This document shows, piece after piece, positions 31,833 to 46,448 of a DNA stretch of 64,000 nt. The first letter of the stretch is position 1, and each line of letters begins with the position of its first letter. Below the pieces are notes generated by a model, which saw only the letters and a program-made list of their open reading frames with translations, was not told the DNA's origin and searched no databases. The DNA comes from Eledone cirrhosa (taxonomy: Eukaryota). Both the position numbers and the translations under genes were made by a program. The DNA lies in the NCBI GenBank assembly GCA_964016885.1, contig CAXHJY010001130.1, positions 2,606 to 66,605 of the forward strand, in the 5' to 3' direction.

Positions 31833-33440
31833 AGGACCCTACTAGGAGAGCCGCCCTCCACGGCCCAGAGCACTGGGGAGATCAGGCGGCTGTTTGAAGA
31901 ACTAGATATTGAGACAGAGCCCTTCAGCAGAGAGGAGCTTCAGAGAGCCAAGAAGAAAATCAAGGAGGGCAAGGCTCATGGAGAAGATGGAGTGGCATCA
32001 GAGGTGATGAAGAGGTGTTATTTTGATGATATCATCCTGGGGTTCTGTAACCAGGCACTGGAGAAAGGAGTTGCCCCGAATCAGTGGAGGATCAGTAACA
32101 TCGTCCCAGTGCCAAAGAAGGGAGATCTCTCTAACACCAACAACTACAGGGGGATCTCACTGACGTCACTTGTGGCAAAGACCCTCAACAGGAGGATTCT
32201 TAACAGGATCCCCCCTGAGATGGAGAAGAAGCTCAGGGACAACCAGAACGGCTTCAGAGAGGGAATATTAACCACCAGTCACATCCTGATGCTGAGGAGG
32301 ATATTAGAGGGAGCTAGAGCAAAGGGCCTTCCTGCGGTTATGGTTTTCATTGACTTTAGGAAGGCCTTTGATTCTGTAGACCGTCACTGCCTAATGAAGA
32401 TCTTACAGGCTTATGGAATCTCCAAGAAGATAGTGGACCTGATATCACTCCTCTACACCAACACCAAAGCCCAAGTCATTACACCTGGTGGGATGACAGA
32501 GTTCTTTGAGATACTGGCTGGAGTGCTCCAGGGAGATACATTGGCTCCCTACCTTTTTTATCATCGTAGTGGACTATTGTATGCGCCTTGCGCTGGAGAA
32601 ACACCAGGACTCTGGATTTACTGTAGCACCGGCTCAGAGCAGGAGAGTTAAGGCGAAAAAGATATCGGATGCTGAATTTGCCGACGACATAGTTTTGGTG
32701 ACAAATACATGAAGGAGGCAGAGGATTTGATGCAGGAGGTTGAGACTGTGTCGATGAGTGTGGGGCTGAGAATGAATGAGACTAAAACAAAATATCTGGT
32801 AGAGAATGTTGAGAAGCTAGAGGGGATCACTAATGTAGGCGGGAAGCCGCTAGAATTGGTTGAGGACTTCCTGTATTTGGGAGCAAAGATTGGGAATACG
32901 GAAGATGATGTAGTTGAGAGGAAGAGCAAAGCCTGGGCGGCGTGCCACAGCTTGAGATCGGTGTGGAAGTCGGACCTTCGTAAAGACCTGAAAATCCGCC
33001 TTTTCATTGCTGTAGTGGAATCTGTGCTGCTGTACGGGTCTGAGACTTGGACACTGACCAAGAAACTCACTCAGATGGTGGATGGGTGCTACACGAGAAT
33101 GCTGAGGATGGCTCTGAACATTAATCAGTATACACTGAGGATGAAAAACTCAGAGCTGTATGGGAGCCTCCCAAAAGTCAGCTCAAAAGTAACACAGAGG
33201 AGACTGGGGTTAGCTGGATATGCTCACCGACATCCAGAGTTGACATTGCACTCAGTGCTTCTGTGGGAGCCCCTACATGGACACACTGGAAGAGGAAGAC
33301 CAACGTTAACGTATGTTGATACCCTAAGGACAGACACTGGTCTGTTGGAGACGCAGGACATGGCAGCGATAATGAGGGACAGAGACCGCTGGAGAGAACT
33401 CGTCCATGGATCTCGGAATTTTACCCGCCCTAGATAGATA
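31833..33440 (+). pseudogene. 5'-truncated RTE-clade LINE reverse transcriptase with frameshifts
   Basis: PKKGDLS..NYRGISL, QNGFR, FIDFRKAFDSV, GVLQGDTLAPYLF, FADDI, LLYGSETW; (taga) tail; frameshifts near 32560 and 32710. Confidence 0.93.
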
Positions 33441-33534
33441 TACACATTGGCATACGGTTGGATAATACTTGTATCCCTATATGTATTTTTTACACGTAGG
33501 AACACATACTTTATTATTATTAATCTCCCCTAAG

Positions 33535-33868
33535 TTTGAGATAACATTTTGGTCGTTTGAACTGCTGCTATTTCTTGTGGCAGGACATTGACCTGTCCAC
33601 CCTTGCCTTCTGTCTTTACACACGGCACTAGACAACATTGGTCCCTTCCTAAGTCACTCTCATCTGGGAACAGTTTTGTATGGCGCCAGTTTGTGATTTG
33701 AACTTTATATTCTCCGAGGGAGAAGAACCTCCTCAATGGTGGTCCGCCTGGATTATCCATTTATTTTGGGATTTGAAACCGCGCGGTAAGGGTTCATATA
33801 GTAAGTACAGCGAACTTTTTAAAATTTATTTTAAAACTTTTTCTCTATTTGCTAAACCTTGATTTTAC
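33535..33868 (+). mobile_element. Degenerate copy of hammerhead family C (54660-55020)
   Basis: Colinear similarity; keeps GAAA ccgcgcgg TA agggttc but the CTGANGA core is lost. Confidence 0.75.
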
Positions 33869-33910
<42 letters not shown>

Positions 33911-34117
33911 ATTTGTGTGTGTGTGTGTGTGAGTATGTACGCGTGTGTGTGTGTGTCTGTCTGTTTGTGTGTGTAGGTGTGTATGTCTGTCTCTTTGTGT
34001 TTGTGTATGTGTGTGTGTGCCTGTGTACCTGTCTGTCTCTGTGCGTGGGTGTGTGTTCGTGCGTGTCTGTATGTGTGTATGTGTGCTCGTGTGGGTGCGT
34101 GTCTGTGTGTGTGCATG

Positions 34118-34285
34118 AGGGTGGCGGTTTGGTAGAATCGTTAGTGTCAGACAAAATTATTTGCGGCATATAGTTACAGCCCTTTACGTTTTGTGTTCAA
34201 ATCCCACCGAGGTCGACTTTGCCTTTCATTCTTTCGGGTGTCGATAGAATAAAGTACCAGTCATATACTGGAGTTGATTCTTCTT
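34118..34285 (+). mobile_element. tRNA-derived SINE
   Basis: ggcggtttggtagaatcgttag...gttcaaatcccaccgagg...aaagtaccagt. Confidence 0.85.
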
Positions 34286-35054
34286 CTATATCTCTTTCTC
34301 ATTTATCTCTATCAGTTTCTCTACTTCTCTGGCTGAAATTAGTTGTATTCAGACCAGGAAAGAGGATGGTTTGCGCCAAGGCCGGATTTAGATCCTGGGA
34401 TTCAGAGGCCCCTCATACACAAAAAAGGTACAGCAAACCCCCAAGTTTATATATCAAAGTCGGCTTGGCGTAAGTAATGGGATTTGAAAAGTTATACATA
34501 CAGGTAGCAAATTAAAAAAATCTAGCCACCCTCATTTTATGTCCACTTTCCACACTGGCATATGTTGGACAGGTTGTCACAGTCCGAGCCCAGACATATC
34601 GGACTCACCTCATCTTGCTCATACATTATTTATTTGGCATGGTTTCTATGGCTGGCTGTCCTTCCTAACATAAACACTTTACAGTGTTTACTGGGTGCAT
34701 TGTGTCTGCGATGCTAGCACAACCACTTTACACAGTGGACTAGGTATATTCTATCAAGGCACCAACACTAACAATTTACGGGATGTACTGAGTGCATTTT
34801 ATCATCTAAGGACATTAAATATTTTTCGTTAAATATATAGTCCTCGTTGTGAAAGGGATAAAACTAAAAAGTCCAGCATAGGGCACAAATAAATTTCTAC
34901 GGCCGTCGCTAGTGAGCCCCCTCCTGTGCGTGGGGCCTGGGCAATTGTCCCCCCCCCCATCCCCATTAAACCCAGCCTTGGGCTTCACTGGTCCTAAAAT
35001 GCTCATGAAATGCCGTATGTAATAACGGTGCCCCCACGACTCCATCAAGAATTA

Positions 35055-35210
35055 CGGGCCCATACATACATTTACGTTCTCAGTTCAAATCCCGCCGGTC
35101 ATATTTGCCTTTCATCTAGTTGGGATCGATAAAATAAAGTACTAATCACCTATTGATATCGATATGATCGACTTTTCCCGCTCTACAAATTGCTGGTTTT
35201 TTAGAAATAA
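35055..35210 (+). mobile_element. SINE fragment
   Basis: gttcaaatcccgcc...tttgcctttcatc...gataaaataaagtac. Confidence 0.75.
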
Positions 35211-35800
35211 TTTACTCTCAAGTCCCAAGTAATAGGGGTGGGGTCGGTTTGGAAAATCGGTAATTTTTCTAGATTGTCACCGTCTTTTAAAAACTAGAAT
35301 TAGCCGTTTAGTTTACACATAGAGACCCCAACCCATCCTATTTATTTCGTAACGTATGGTATTTCTAGTAAATGTTATTTTTTTTGTCATGTATAATGTT
35401 TTTTTTTATGTATAAAGAAAATTAATTGTCGCAGGAATGCTACTACTTAAAATAAAGTTTCGCCGAAGATAGATTAGCAACATTTGATAACCGGGGGGTT
35501 TGGAATAAGAGCGGGAGACTTGAAAAAATCTGAAAATTTAATATGCGGGTGTACTATGATGTGTGCTGTACTTACGTCAGTTGCGACGACGAGTATTGGA
35601 GTTGTTAGAACAATGAAATTGACTGCTCATGAAATTAACCTGCAAGTGGCTAAGCATTCCACAGACAGGTGCTCTCTTAACATAATTCTCAGGTAGATTC
35701 AGCGTGATACAGTGAATTATAGGTAGAACTTATTTTCTTTTCCCAGCTCAGTGCAGGGCAGTGGAGCAACGTGAAATATGTTTGTATGTATGCATGTATA

Positions 35801-35845
<45 letters not shown>

Positions 35846-36274
35846 TGTGTTTTGAGCAATGAAAACAAAACAAAAGTCAGAGATAGATAGTTAATTAGTT
35901 CATTGTTTTACGATCGTTTCAGGGGGTGGATTGATCATGGACTGTCTGTATATCGACTAGTATGGTAGTAGTTACGTCGCTACCTGTTTCTAGTTTCGAA
36001 ATGTTTAACAAATCAATTAAACGCCCTGAATGGTATATTTTACTAATTTATATAATTTGACTATAAACAATATTGTCATATTTGGGTAGGGTCATGTTGT
36101 TCTAATATTGCCAGAAAAATATAGTAAAACACCTAACTGTTTGGTTTGGTTCAGTATATCTTTATATTTCTTTAAATTCAGCTGGTAATCGATGTTTATC
36201 ATTGATTGACCAACAATTTCCACATAAAATGAAAAGTATCATTTTTCAACGTTTGTTGGTGACACAATCACCGA

Positions 36275-36414
<140 letters not shown>

Positions 36415-36882
36415 GCACACACTTTTATCATCCCTTTTCTACAGCGCGGCCGACATTTTTACACCGCATATAGTCTATTGTTAGCACATTAATATAACAG
36501 ATACACAAAACTTTACTATAAGGTATATACATGAATTGTAAGTTGGCGCTCTGTTAAATATTCATTGATTTACAACGCAATTCTAACAACATATTGGATC
36601 GTGGTTCTTCTGAAAGAACTTTTCCGTAACGACGGCAATATATGAATGTATACCTTCAAAACCATACTGCGATAACTATTATATTAAATCTGTTTCAAGC
36701 CAGAAAACTTTTGAAAATATTAAATAATTTTCTTCTCAGCTTTCTGAGAGTGATTTCTACCCGTTTAAGATTTTAAAAGGAAGAAAGCAATTTTGTCTAA
36801 AGATTAATATTTATTTAAATATGAGATCTGAGGTCTGAATGAGTTGCTACCCATGTTTCTCGTCCTGCTTCAAATTTAATGA

Positions 36883-36954
<72 letters not shown>

Positions 36955-37474
36955 AAAACAGGAGAGAGATTAGAGTGTTTGCATAGACAGGTAGAGATAA
37001 GATAGGTAGATAGGTAAATAGATAGATTTTCTTCTTATCGTGTCCACAAGAGTGTCAGTTACAAGGCTTGGCTAGATGTGGTTCCGCCACAACTGAACAC
37101 ATTGATGTCCTTTCTCATTAAATTCTGCCAAGTTCAATGCTGTTCAGGGGTGTTCTAGCAGGGGGCATATCAGTCTGTGGTTCGATAGATATCTTTCTTT
37201 ATTTGCCACAGGGGCGTACAAAAATGGGACATTACAAGACGTGACGACGGGGGTTTTACATAAAATCTTTAACAATGATGAATAACAATAAACTATATAT
37301 AAAATAAAACAATCTAAATCCCCATTAGGGGGGAACGCTACTGCGGGGTTGTTTTACACCCCGTGGATAGAACAACCCTCAACACCAGGAACACCTTTTA
37401 TAGGTGTTCCCGTCTTCCCTCTGTTTATATACAGAGAAGGCCCATTCACTCTTTAATAGATAGATTTATAGATA

Positions 37475-37655
37475 GGTATGTATGTATGTATGTATGTATG
37501 TATGTATGTATGTATGTATGTATGTATGTATGTAGGTAGGTAGGTAGGTAGGTAGGTAGGTAGGTAGGTTGGTAGGTAGGTAGGTAGGTAGGTAGGTAGG
37601 TAGGTAGGTAGGTTGGTAGGTAGGTAGGTAGGTAGGTAGGTAGGTAGGTAGGTAG
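37475..37655. repeat. (TATG)n-(TAGG)n compound microsatellite
   Basis: Direct reading. Confidence 0.95.
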
Positions 37656-37899
37656 ATAGAAACCGTTATATTTATATTGTTGCAGTTAATCTGGGATCGT
37701 CTCTGTGGCCATAGAAATACCCTCGGGTCTCGAATACCCCCACCTCCAACCCGCTTATTAATTTTTGCTGATATCCGGCGAGATTTTATTTTATTTTATT
37801 CCTGCAACAATTCATTTTCTTTAGACATTAAAAAAAATTATACATGACAAAATAAAAAGCACATTACAAGAAATCCCATTAGTTATACAATAAATAGGA

Positions 37900-38100
37900 T
37901 AGGTTGGCAGTATCGGCGGAGCGTCGGACAACATGCTTTATGGCATAGAGTTACGGATCTTTATGATCTGAGTTCAAATCCTGCCGAGGTTAGCTTGGCC
38001 TTTCATCCTTACGGGGGGGGGGGGGGATTGCTAATATAAAGTACCAGTAATGCACCGGGTCGATTTAATCGACTTTCTTCTTGTCTAAATCAGAAACCAA
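37900..38100 (+). mobile_element. tRNA-derived SINE
   Basis: ttggcagtatcgg A box, gagttcaaatcc B box, shared core. Confidence 0.85.
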
Positions 38101-38608
38101 TATGTAAAATAAACGACTAATTCTGGTTTTTATAAAAAAAAAATATACACAAAAAAAATTCCCAATGGGGACAACTTAAAAAAAAAAATATCGATTTTCC
38201 TCTCTCTCTCGCTTCCCCCCCCCCCCTTCCCTATTATTTGGGACCCGAGAGTACTCAGTGTAAGACTGGCTTCTGTTGATAACATTGGAGAGATAAGTTG
38301 GCTGGTTGGTGGTAAAGTGGTTGTTCCCTCTCTATAGTTATGTGATATAACTAGAAATAACATTGCTGTTTAATCCAGCAACACATTTTATATACGGTAA
38401 CTTTTATGTTAACATCTCTCAGGTCATCTTAGTATAATGGTCTATGTCGTATTTCCGGTGTATAAGAATGTATCATTTAAGTTTGTTATAAAAGTCTTAG
38501 CCGTTACACACACACACACACACACATACACACATAAACACACACAAACACAAACACATATACACGCATACACACACAAACACATACACACACAAACACA
38601 CACACATG

Positions 38609-38658
<50 letters not shown>

Positions 38659-38695
38659 TCAAAACGAAACGAATGAACAAGATGCAATAACATAA

Positions 38696-38728
<33 letters not shown>

Positions 38729-39099
38729 TGTGTTGTGTGTGTGTTGTGTGTGTGTGTGTGTGTGTGTGTTGTGTGTGTGTTGTGTGTGTGTGTTGTGTGT
38801 ATGTGTGATATAAATGACCAGAATTCTTTATGAATAAATATGTACTTCCTCAACCAATAAACTGAGTACGTTATTTAACTGAGGTGCCCTTCCTGTTCTT
38901 TTCCGAGAACCATTCTTACATATGCATATATGTGTGTGTATGTATAGACACACACACATACACACACACACATACACACACACCCACACACCCACATATA
39001 TATATATTCTCTATGGTTTTATATATTTTGATATATGAATTATCCTTATCGAGCCCTCTTCGGATTTTATATAACCAAAAGTTAAACTGCCAAGACTGA

Positions 39100-39362
<263 letters not shown>

Positions 39363-39389
39363 GAGCGCGCGCGCGAGAGAGAGAGAGAG

Positions 39390-40037
39390 ACAAATGATGA
39401 ATCAAAACAAGACAAATATGTTGAGAATTTTGTTTCTCAATCAATAAGCTCAATAGACTTTATCTAGAACCATAATAACCAAATTAAAAGATATATGTTT
39501 ATATGAAGAGAAAAAGAGCCATATATCGTAAAAGAAACATGGTATATTGTAAATATAACAAATACATATTCTATAGAAGAATATGTGTACAGGTGGAATC
39601 GTAAGTGAAACCTCATAAGCCTATTTCATACCTGGAAAGCGAAGCTAAAAGTCAACCTATGTAAATGATGATCGAAAAATCAATCAATTTAATCGATCAT
39701 CGAAGACAAAGTATCAATTATGATTAAACCACATAAGACTCAGGTACTCATCAGAGGTCTAGTCTCATCATTGTAAGGGAAATATAGAATGAAGATGGTA
39801 AATAAATCAATATACCTGGGAATATCTACAACTAAGTCTAACTCGACCGTCGTGCTGAGAAACACATGGTGGCAAGGACCTTAAACCCATGGCGAATAGA
39901 TATCCACAAGGTGGATGATAACTCTGCTAGAAATAAGAACGGGGGTTATAGCCACCGAGCTCAACAAGTTAAGAGGTTTGGAGCCGTTAAATACAAATGA
40001 TGAATCAAAATATATCAAATAATGGCTCTTTTTCTCT
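39390..40037 (-). mobile_element. About 603-bp retrozyme-like unit with an expanded-stem-II hammerhead at 39609-39759
   Basis: acaaatgatgaatcaaaa repeats at about 39390 and 39993; minus gaccu CUGAUGA guaccug...cagguau GAAA uaggcuua UG agguu; short inverted piece 40022-40037 matches about 39507-39522. Confidence 0.7.
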
Positions 40038-40158
40038 ATATATATAAACATTACATCTTTTCATTTGGTTATATATATAAACATACATCTTTTCATTTGG
40101 TTATATATATAAACATACATCTTTTCATTTGGTTATATATACACATATATATATATGG

Positions 40159-40211
<53 letters not shown>

Positions 40212-40419
40212 TACTTATATATATATGTGTGTGTGTGTGTGTGAATCCCGGCTTCAATCGGGGGTTAACCACAGTTAGTAAGGCACTCAATACATTACTT
40301 GAGTGTAAACAATATATTTAATATAGAAATGGCTTCTACGGGACTAGAACTGTTTTATTGAAAAGAAATAATCAGGAAAGCCCAGATGCTTTCTTTTGAA
40401 TTCATCTCTATATTAAACA

Positions 40420-40478
<59 letters not shown>

Positions 40479-40559
40479 CATACATATACATATTTATATT
40501 TACATATATATTTATATATATTTATATATATTTATACTTTATATATATTTATACTTTAT

Positions 40560-41259
40560 AAATAACAATCAAAGAGTGTTTAGAACATTTAATCACTTAC
40601 GATCGTTTCATCCAAGGCCAGAATCATCGGAGTATATAATAAAGGTTAAAACACAAATATAATATCAGAAGTTTGTCATAAGAACATTAGGAGAATACAT
40701 TATATTTTTTACTTTGCTGATTATACATTAATTCCTTTGAATGGTTTGAATAATGATAATAACATTTCAACCTATATTTGATGTTTATGTTGCTGAGTAT
40801 ACTTATTCAACATTATTATCTTTGAATGGTTTGAAAAATAATAGTTTATCTGTATTACTGAATGACGCAGTCGAACTTTTTATATCCATTATGAAAATTA
40901 TCTTTTGAAGATGTATTTCTAAATTTATATTTGAACTACACACCTGCTGTTATTAACTTTATAAATTTTTGAAATGATTATGATATATGTTTATTTACTA
41001 ATTATGATATATGTCTTGCACTATACTTAAACTTTCTATAACAGCATGCTTTTTTAAAATTTGTAATGCTTTGAGCTGCTCCTAATTTTATTTCATTGCA
41101 TTTATATGCTCATATTTTTCATATGCTTCTTCTGCTTTCGCTATCTTTTCTTATATAAATGTTGATACTTATGCTTACTTCCTATATTGTGTATCCTTCT
41201 AATGTTCTTATGACAAACTTCTGATATATTTGTGTTTCAAACTTTATTCTATACTCCGA
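40560..41259 (-). mobile_element. Foldback PLE-like remnant with hammerhead-like motif at 40594-40634
   Basis: Diverged inverted arms 40628-40699 / 41191-41259; minus uacu CCGAUGA uuc-uggccuu-ggau GAAA cgaucg UA agug. Confidence 0.7.
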
Positions 41260-41500
41260 AAGTTCTCCTCCAAGACACAAGTTCGGGCAAGGCTATTTGT
41301 GGAAGACCAGTAGTCGCCCATGCATACCAGTCTTCTCTCTCCACACCACCGATGTTATCCAAGGGAAAGGCAGTGGCCGATATAACTTGGCATCTGTGAC
41401 GTCGCAACTCATTTCTACAGCTGAGTAAACTGGAGCAACGTGAAATAACGTATAACCTCTCGATTGCAAGCCCAACACTCTAACCACTAAGCCATGTGCT
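41260..41500 (-). mobile_element. tRNA-derived SINE, second family
   Basis: Minus 5' end agcacatggcttagtggttagagtgttggg (A box); ggagcaacgtgaaata shared with about 35763. Confidence 0.75.
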
Positions 41501-41519
41501 TTATTATAATATATATATC

Positions 41520-41755
41520 CAACTATCTTTCCTGCCAGTTGGTTTTACTCGTAAAATCAGTCCAGCGATTCTTTCTTGAGACATTCTAACCACATATCCA
41601 TAGTATCGGAGATGTAATCTGTCAATTCAGAGAAGTAACGGCTGTACCTGGAGTGACTCTCTCATCTCCGAGCTATGCACACTATTGAGTAACCTTACTC
41701 CAAGGATCCTACAGAGGAACCCAACTTGTATTCGCGATCGTATTTTTTCGGTCTA
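41520..41755 (-). pseudogene. RTE 3' fragment related to 26080-26290
   Basis: tacctggagtgactctct.atctc.gagctatgcac shared. Confidence 0.8.
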
Positions 41756-41859
41756 CTTCTAACATGACCCGTTAGAAGGAGCTTTTGAGGACTCTGCCCC
41801 CACGATTCTCTCAGGAATAAGGGGCGAAGAAGTGTGAAAGAAGATATATATATATATAA

Positions 41860-42213
41860 AGAAACAGGGACTGCGTAGTTGCTGGATAAGGTGTATTTAT
41901 AAATAAGAGGAAAGCACGAACGGAAGAAAATTTTCCTTCATCAGTTGCCTGCTGGGGATCATGGATATTTCTACGCATTAAAGACAAGATATCTAACCCC
42001 AGTGCGTCAATAACTAAAGGAAGTTATGGGTGAGGGGGAGGGAGAGAGAGAGAGAAGGGAAAAGGGAAAAAAACGGAAAACAACAAACCGAAGAGGGAAA
42101 CCCGAAGCACATGTGTGTATGCAACTGCTTGTCTTTAATGCGCAGAAATATCCATGATCCCCAGCAGACAACTAATTAAGGAAAATTTTCTCCCGTTCAT
42201 GTTTTCCTCTTAT
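41860..42213. mobile_element. Foldback element with diverged arms between (TA)n runs
   Basis: Arms 41903-41988 / 42128-42213; minus CTGATGA at 41938-41944 followed by aggaaa...tttcct stem, but no GAAA seen. Confidence 0.7.
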
Positions 42214-43134
42214 ATATATATATATATATATAAGTATTGATTGAAGTTTCCATTGAAAATTGAAAAAATCATAGGAGTGAAGAGTGCTCTATGTAAGTAC
42301 CAGAGCTAAAATTAATGTATAATAAACGATACAATATAATTATACGATGAACGAATGAGGACGTTTTTTGTATTCGTCTTATTCGGGAAACCTCTGGTAA
42401 TGAGGTAATTATATTGTATTGTTTATTATACATTAAATTATATAATAAAGAACCAGTAATGTACTGGATAATTGTTGGCCTTGTGCCTAAAGTAGAAACA
42501 ATTAAATTATATATATATATATTTATACTTATATATATATATTTTTTTTATATATATATATAATTAGTACTTATATATATATATATATAAGTACTAATTA
42601 TTTTAAAATGTTTTCAGTCATCTAATCCGATATAACTTCCTTGTGTTACCGAAAATAGCAAATTACACCTGGTGAGGATTAACCTTAGAGGGTCCTCATG
42701 TTTTATCATACAGTTTTAATACGTCTATTAATTATACAGTATATCATGAATATAAATCCAATAAATTTATTTATGAAATTAAAGCAGCTGAATATGAAAA
42801 GAATAGTTTTTGATATGTTTTTATTTTTAATCTGCATCAAAGAATTATATAGATAAAGGGACAAAGAATTATATAGATAATTCTTTGTCCCTTTGTTTTC
42901 AAAGGTTACAAGGTCAAGATGACATTTGGGTCATTTTCTTGTTTTTTTTTTGTTTGTTTTTGTTTTTGTTTTTGTTTTTTTGTTGTTGTTTTAATCATTA
43001 ATCTGCTGTGAGTTCTGACAATTGTAGCAAGTAATGAAAAAGAAAACTCACGCATTACATACAGTTAAAGAAAGACAATGTTACCAAGGTAGCCATGAGC
43101 TTGTATCCTTCTTCAAATGACTCTCTCTGCTCAA

Positions 43135-43330
43135 ATAATTGTTTCTACTTTTGGCACAAGGCCAGCAATTATCCCAGTGTATTACTGGTACTTTATTTTA
43201 TCGACCCCATAAGGATGAAAGGCAAAGTTAACCTCGGCGTGATTTGAACTCAGTCCTCCGTAAAGGGACGTAACTGTGCTGCAAAGCATGGCGTCCGACC
43301 CTCTACCGATACTGCCAATCCACCGCCCTA
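43135..43330 (-). mobile_element. tRNA-derived SINE
   Basis: Reverse complement of the 46246-46445 type. Confidence 0.88.
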
Positions 43331-43369
43331 AATGTCTCACCAATACATGTCATTGTTGCTGGCAGTATC

Positions 43370-44210
<841 letters not shown>

Positions 44211-44687
44211 TAAAAGCTTTAAATCGAACCCCAGTTAAAGGATCAAACGGATTTCAAATTGAAAATGTAAAAAATGAAGAAGCATACCCAATAGCATGAT
44301 AAAGAAGTTATTTTGATGTATAAATCGCTTTAAAATTTTCTTTATTCAATCGATGAAATGATTTGAAAAAATGAAGAGCAAAGAATTGTTTCATCAATGG
44401 TCGTCTGTTCTTCTGTCGCCATTAAAGCTTCGTCAGTGTAAAGAATATCAAGAATGGACTTCCGTTTTGATTTTGTAACACCAGCACCAGGGATAACGTG
44501 GGCATTAAATAACATTTCTTCGGCGTTTTCTTTTCATTTTCTCAAAGATTCTTCTTCTTCTTCTTCTTCTTCTTCTTCTTCTTCTTCTTCTTCTTCTTCT
44601 TCTTCTTTTCTTTTTTCCCTTCTTTTTTCTTCTTCTTCTTCTTCTTCTTCTTCTTCTTCTTCTTCTTCTTCTTCTTCTTCTTCTTCT

Positions 44688-44820
44688 TTCTGAGTTCAAA
44701 TCCCGCCGAGGTTAACTTTGCCTTTCATCCTTACGGGGTCGATAAAATAAAGTACCAGTAATGTACTAGGTAATTGCTGGCCTTGTGCCAATAGTAGAAA
44801 CAATTATTATTATTATTATT
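44688..44820 (+). mobile_element. SINE 3' part with (ATT)n tail, preceded by (TTC)n at 44548-44690
   Basis: gagttcaaatcccgccgagg...gtagaaacaattattatt. Confidence 0.88.
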
Positions 44821-45933
44821 GTTCTTTGAGTCTCAGTCATTGATGTTATTTAACTGGAAAGTTTGTTGAAATGAATATCAAGCCACTACCTGCAGCCTCA
44901 GATATTTAGGACGTATCGGAGGGTTCTTGCTGTTCCCAGCAAGCATGCCTTTTGAAACGTTCCAAAACGCGTGGCGGGACCAATTTTCTTTAACCATCCT
45001 TGGAAACTCTTTGAGATAGTACCTAGTGCGCCTATGACAATTGGGACCACTTTGACTTCATGGCAGTTCCAAATCCTTTTTACCTCCCACTTTAAGTCCT
45101 GGTATCGGTTAATTTTCTCCCTCTCCTTCTCTTGCACTCTCGTGTCGAATGGGCAGGCCACATCCACAATCAGCCACGATCTTTTTTCTTTGTCCAAAAC
45201 CACCAGGTCAGGCCTAATGTGTTCCAGTTTCTTGTCTGTCTGTATCCTAAAATCCCACAGCAACTTCACCTGATCGTTTTCTATCACCGACTCTGGCTTA
45301 TGCTCATACCACTTCTCAGAATGTGGAAAATTGTTTACTTTGCATAGGTGCCAGTGGATCACCCTGCCCATCACATCATGTCTCCAGCCCTTATAGTGAG
45401 TCTGGGCTAGGTGTTTACACTCGGATACAATGTGATCCACAGTCTCCTCTCTCTCTCCACAGATCCTGCACAGTGGGCTAGCCTCCTCCTTGTAAATATG
45501 GTGTTTCAACCACTTCGTTTTGAGGGCCTGCTCTTGCGCAGCCATTAACATTCCTTCTGTAGCCTTTTTAAGGTCTCCTCTTTTCAACCAGTTCCATGTC
45601 TGTGGATCTCTGAATTCAGTTTTCTCAAAGAAGGTACTATGAAAGGATTTTTCATGAAGGCTGCTCTTTCTCCTTGTTGTTATTTCCTCCTTGGACATCC
45701 CCTGGTCTATTGTCCTCTCCTTCAGTACAGTTCTGAGCATTGGCTCCTTACTATCAGTCACGTATTTGTGTAGGTTGTTTTTCTCCATCTGACACAGTCC
45801 CCTATGCTGATAAGACCTCTTCCACCTTCAGATCTCCTTAAGTAGAGTCTATCGACATCACTCCTCTTGTGGAACATGTTGTAGATAGTCAATAGCTTCC
45901 TAGTCTCCCTATCCATTTCTTTTTGTTCATTGT

Positions 45934-45935
<2 letters not shown>
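44821..45935 (-). pseudogene. 5'-truncated R4/Dong-clade LINE (CCHC finger plus restriction-like endonuclease; ORF 44898-45788)
   Basis: CRICGEREETVDHIVSEC..RHD..LLWDF.IQTD..RPDL..DVACP..YQDL..VPIVIGALG; flanked by (ATT)n on both sides. Confidence 0.92.
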
Positions 45936-45967
<32 letters not shown>

Positions 45968-45969
<2 letters not shown>

Positions 45970-46448
45970 GGAATAGGGTTACGGCCCTTTACGTTTTGAG
46001 TTCAAATCCCTCCGATGTTAGCTTTGCCTTTCATCCTTACAGTGACGATAAATAAAGCATCAGTAATTCACTGGGGTCAATTTAATCGACTTTCCCCTCC
46101 TCTCAAATTACTCGCCTTGTGCCTATACTAGAAAACATTATTATTAATAATCCTTACGGGGTCGATAAAATAAAGTACCAGTAATGCACTGGGTAATTGC
46201 TGGCCTTGTGCCTAAAGTAGAAACAATTATTATTAATTATTATTAAGGCGGGGGATTGGCAGTATTGGTAGAGGGTCGGACGCCATGCTTTGACGCATAG
46301 AGTTACGGCCCTTGCCATTCTGAGTTCAAATCCCGCCAAGGTTAACTTTGCCTTTCATCCTTACGGGGTCGATAAAATAAAGTACCAGTAATACACTGGG
46401 TAATTGCTGGCCTTGTGCCAAAAGTAGAAACAATTATTATTATTATTA
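45968..46448 (+). mobile_element. Three consecutive SINE copies; the last (46246-46448) is near full length
   Basis: A box tggcagtattgg, B box gagttcaaatcc, repeated core, (ATT)n tails. Confidence 0.9.

Noticed and set aside
46246-46340. tRNA gene
   Set aside because: A/B boxes only, no cloverleaf; part of a multi-copy SINE
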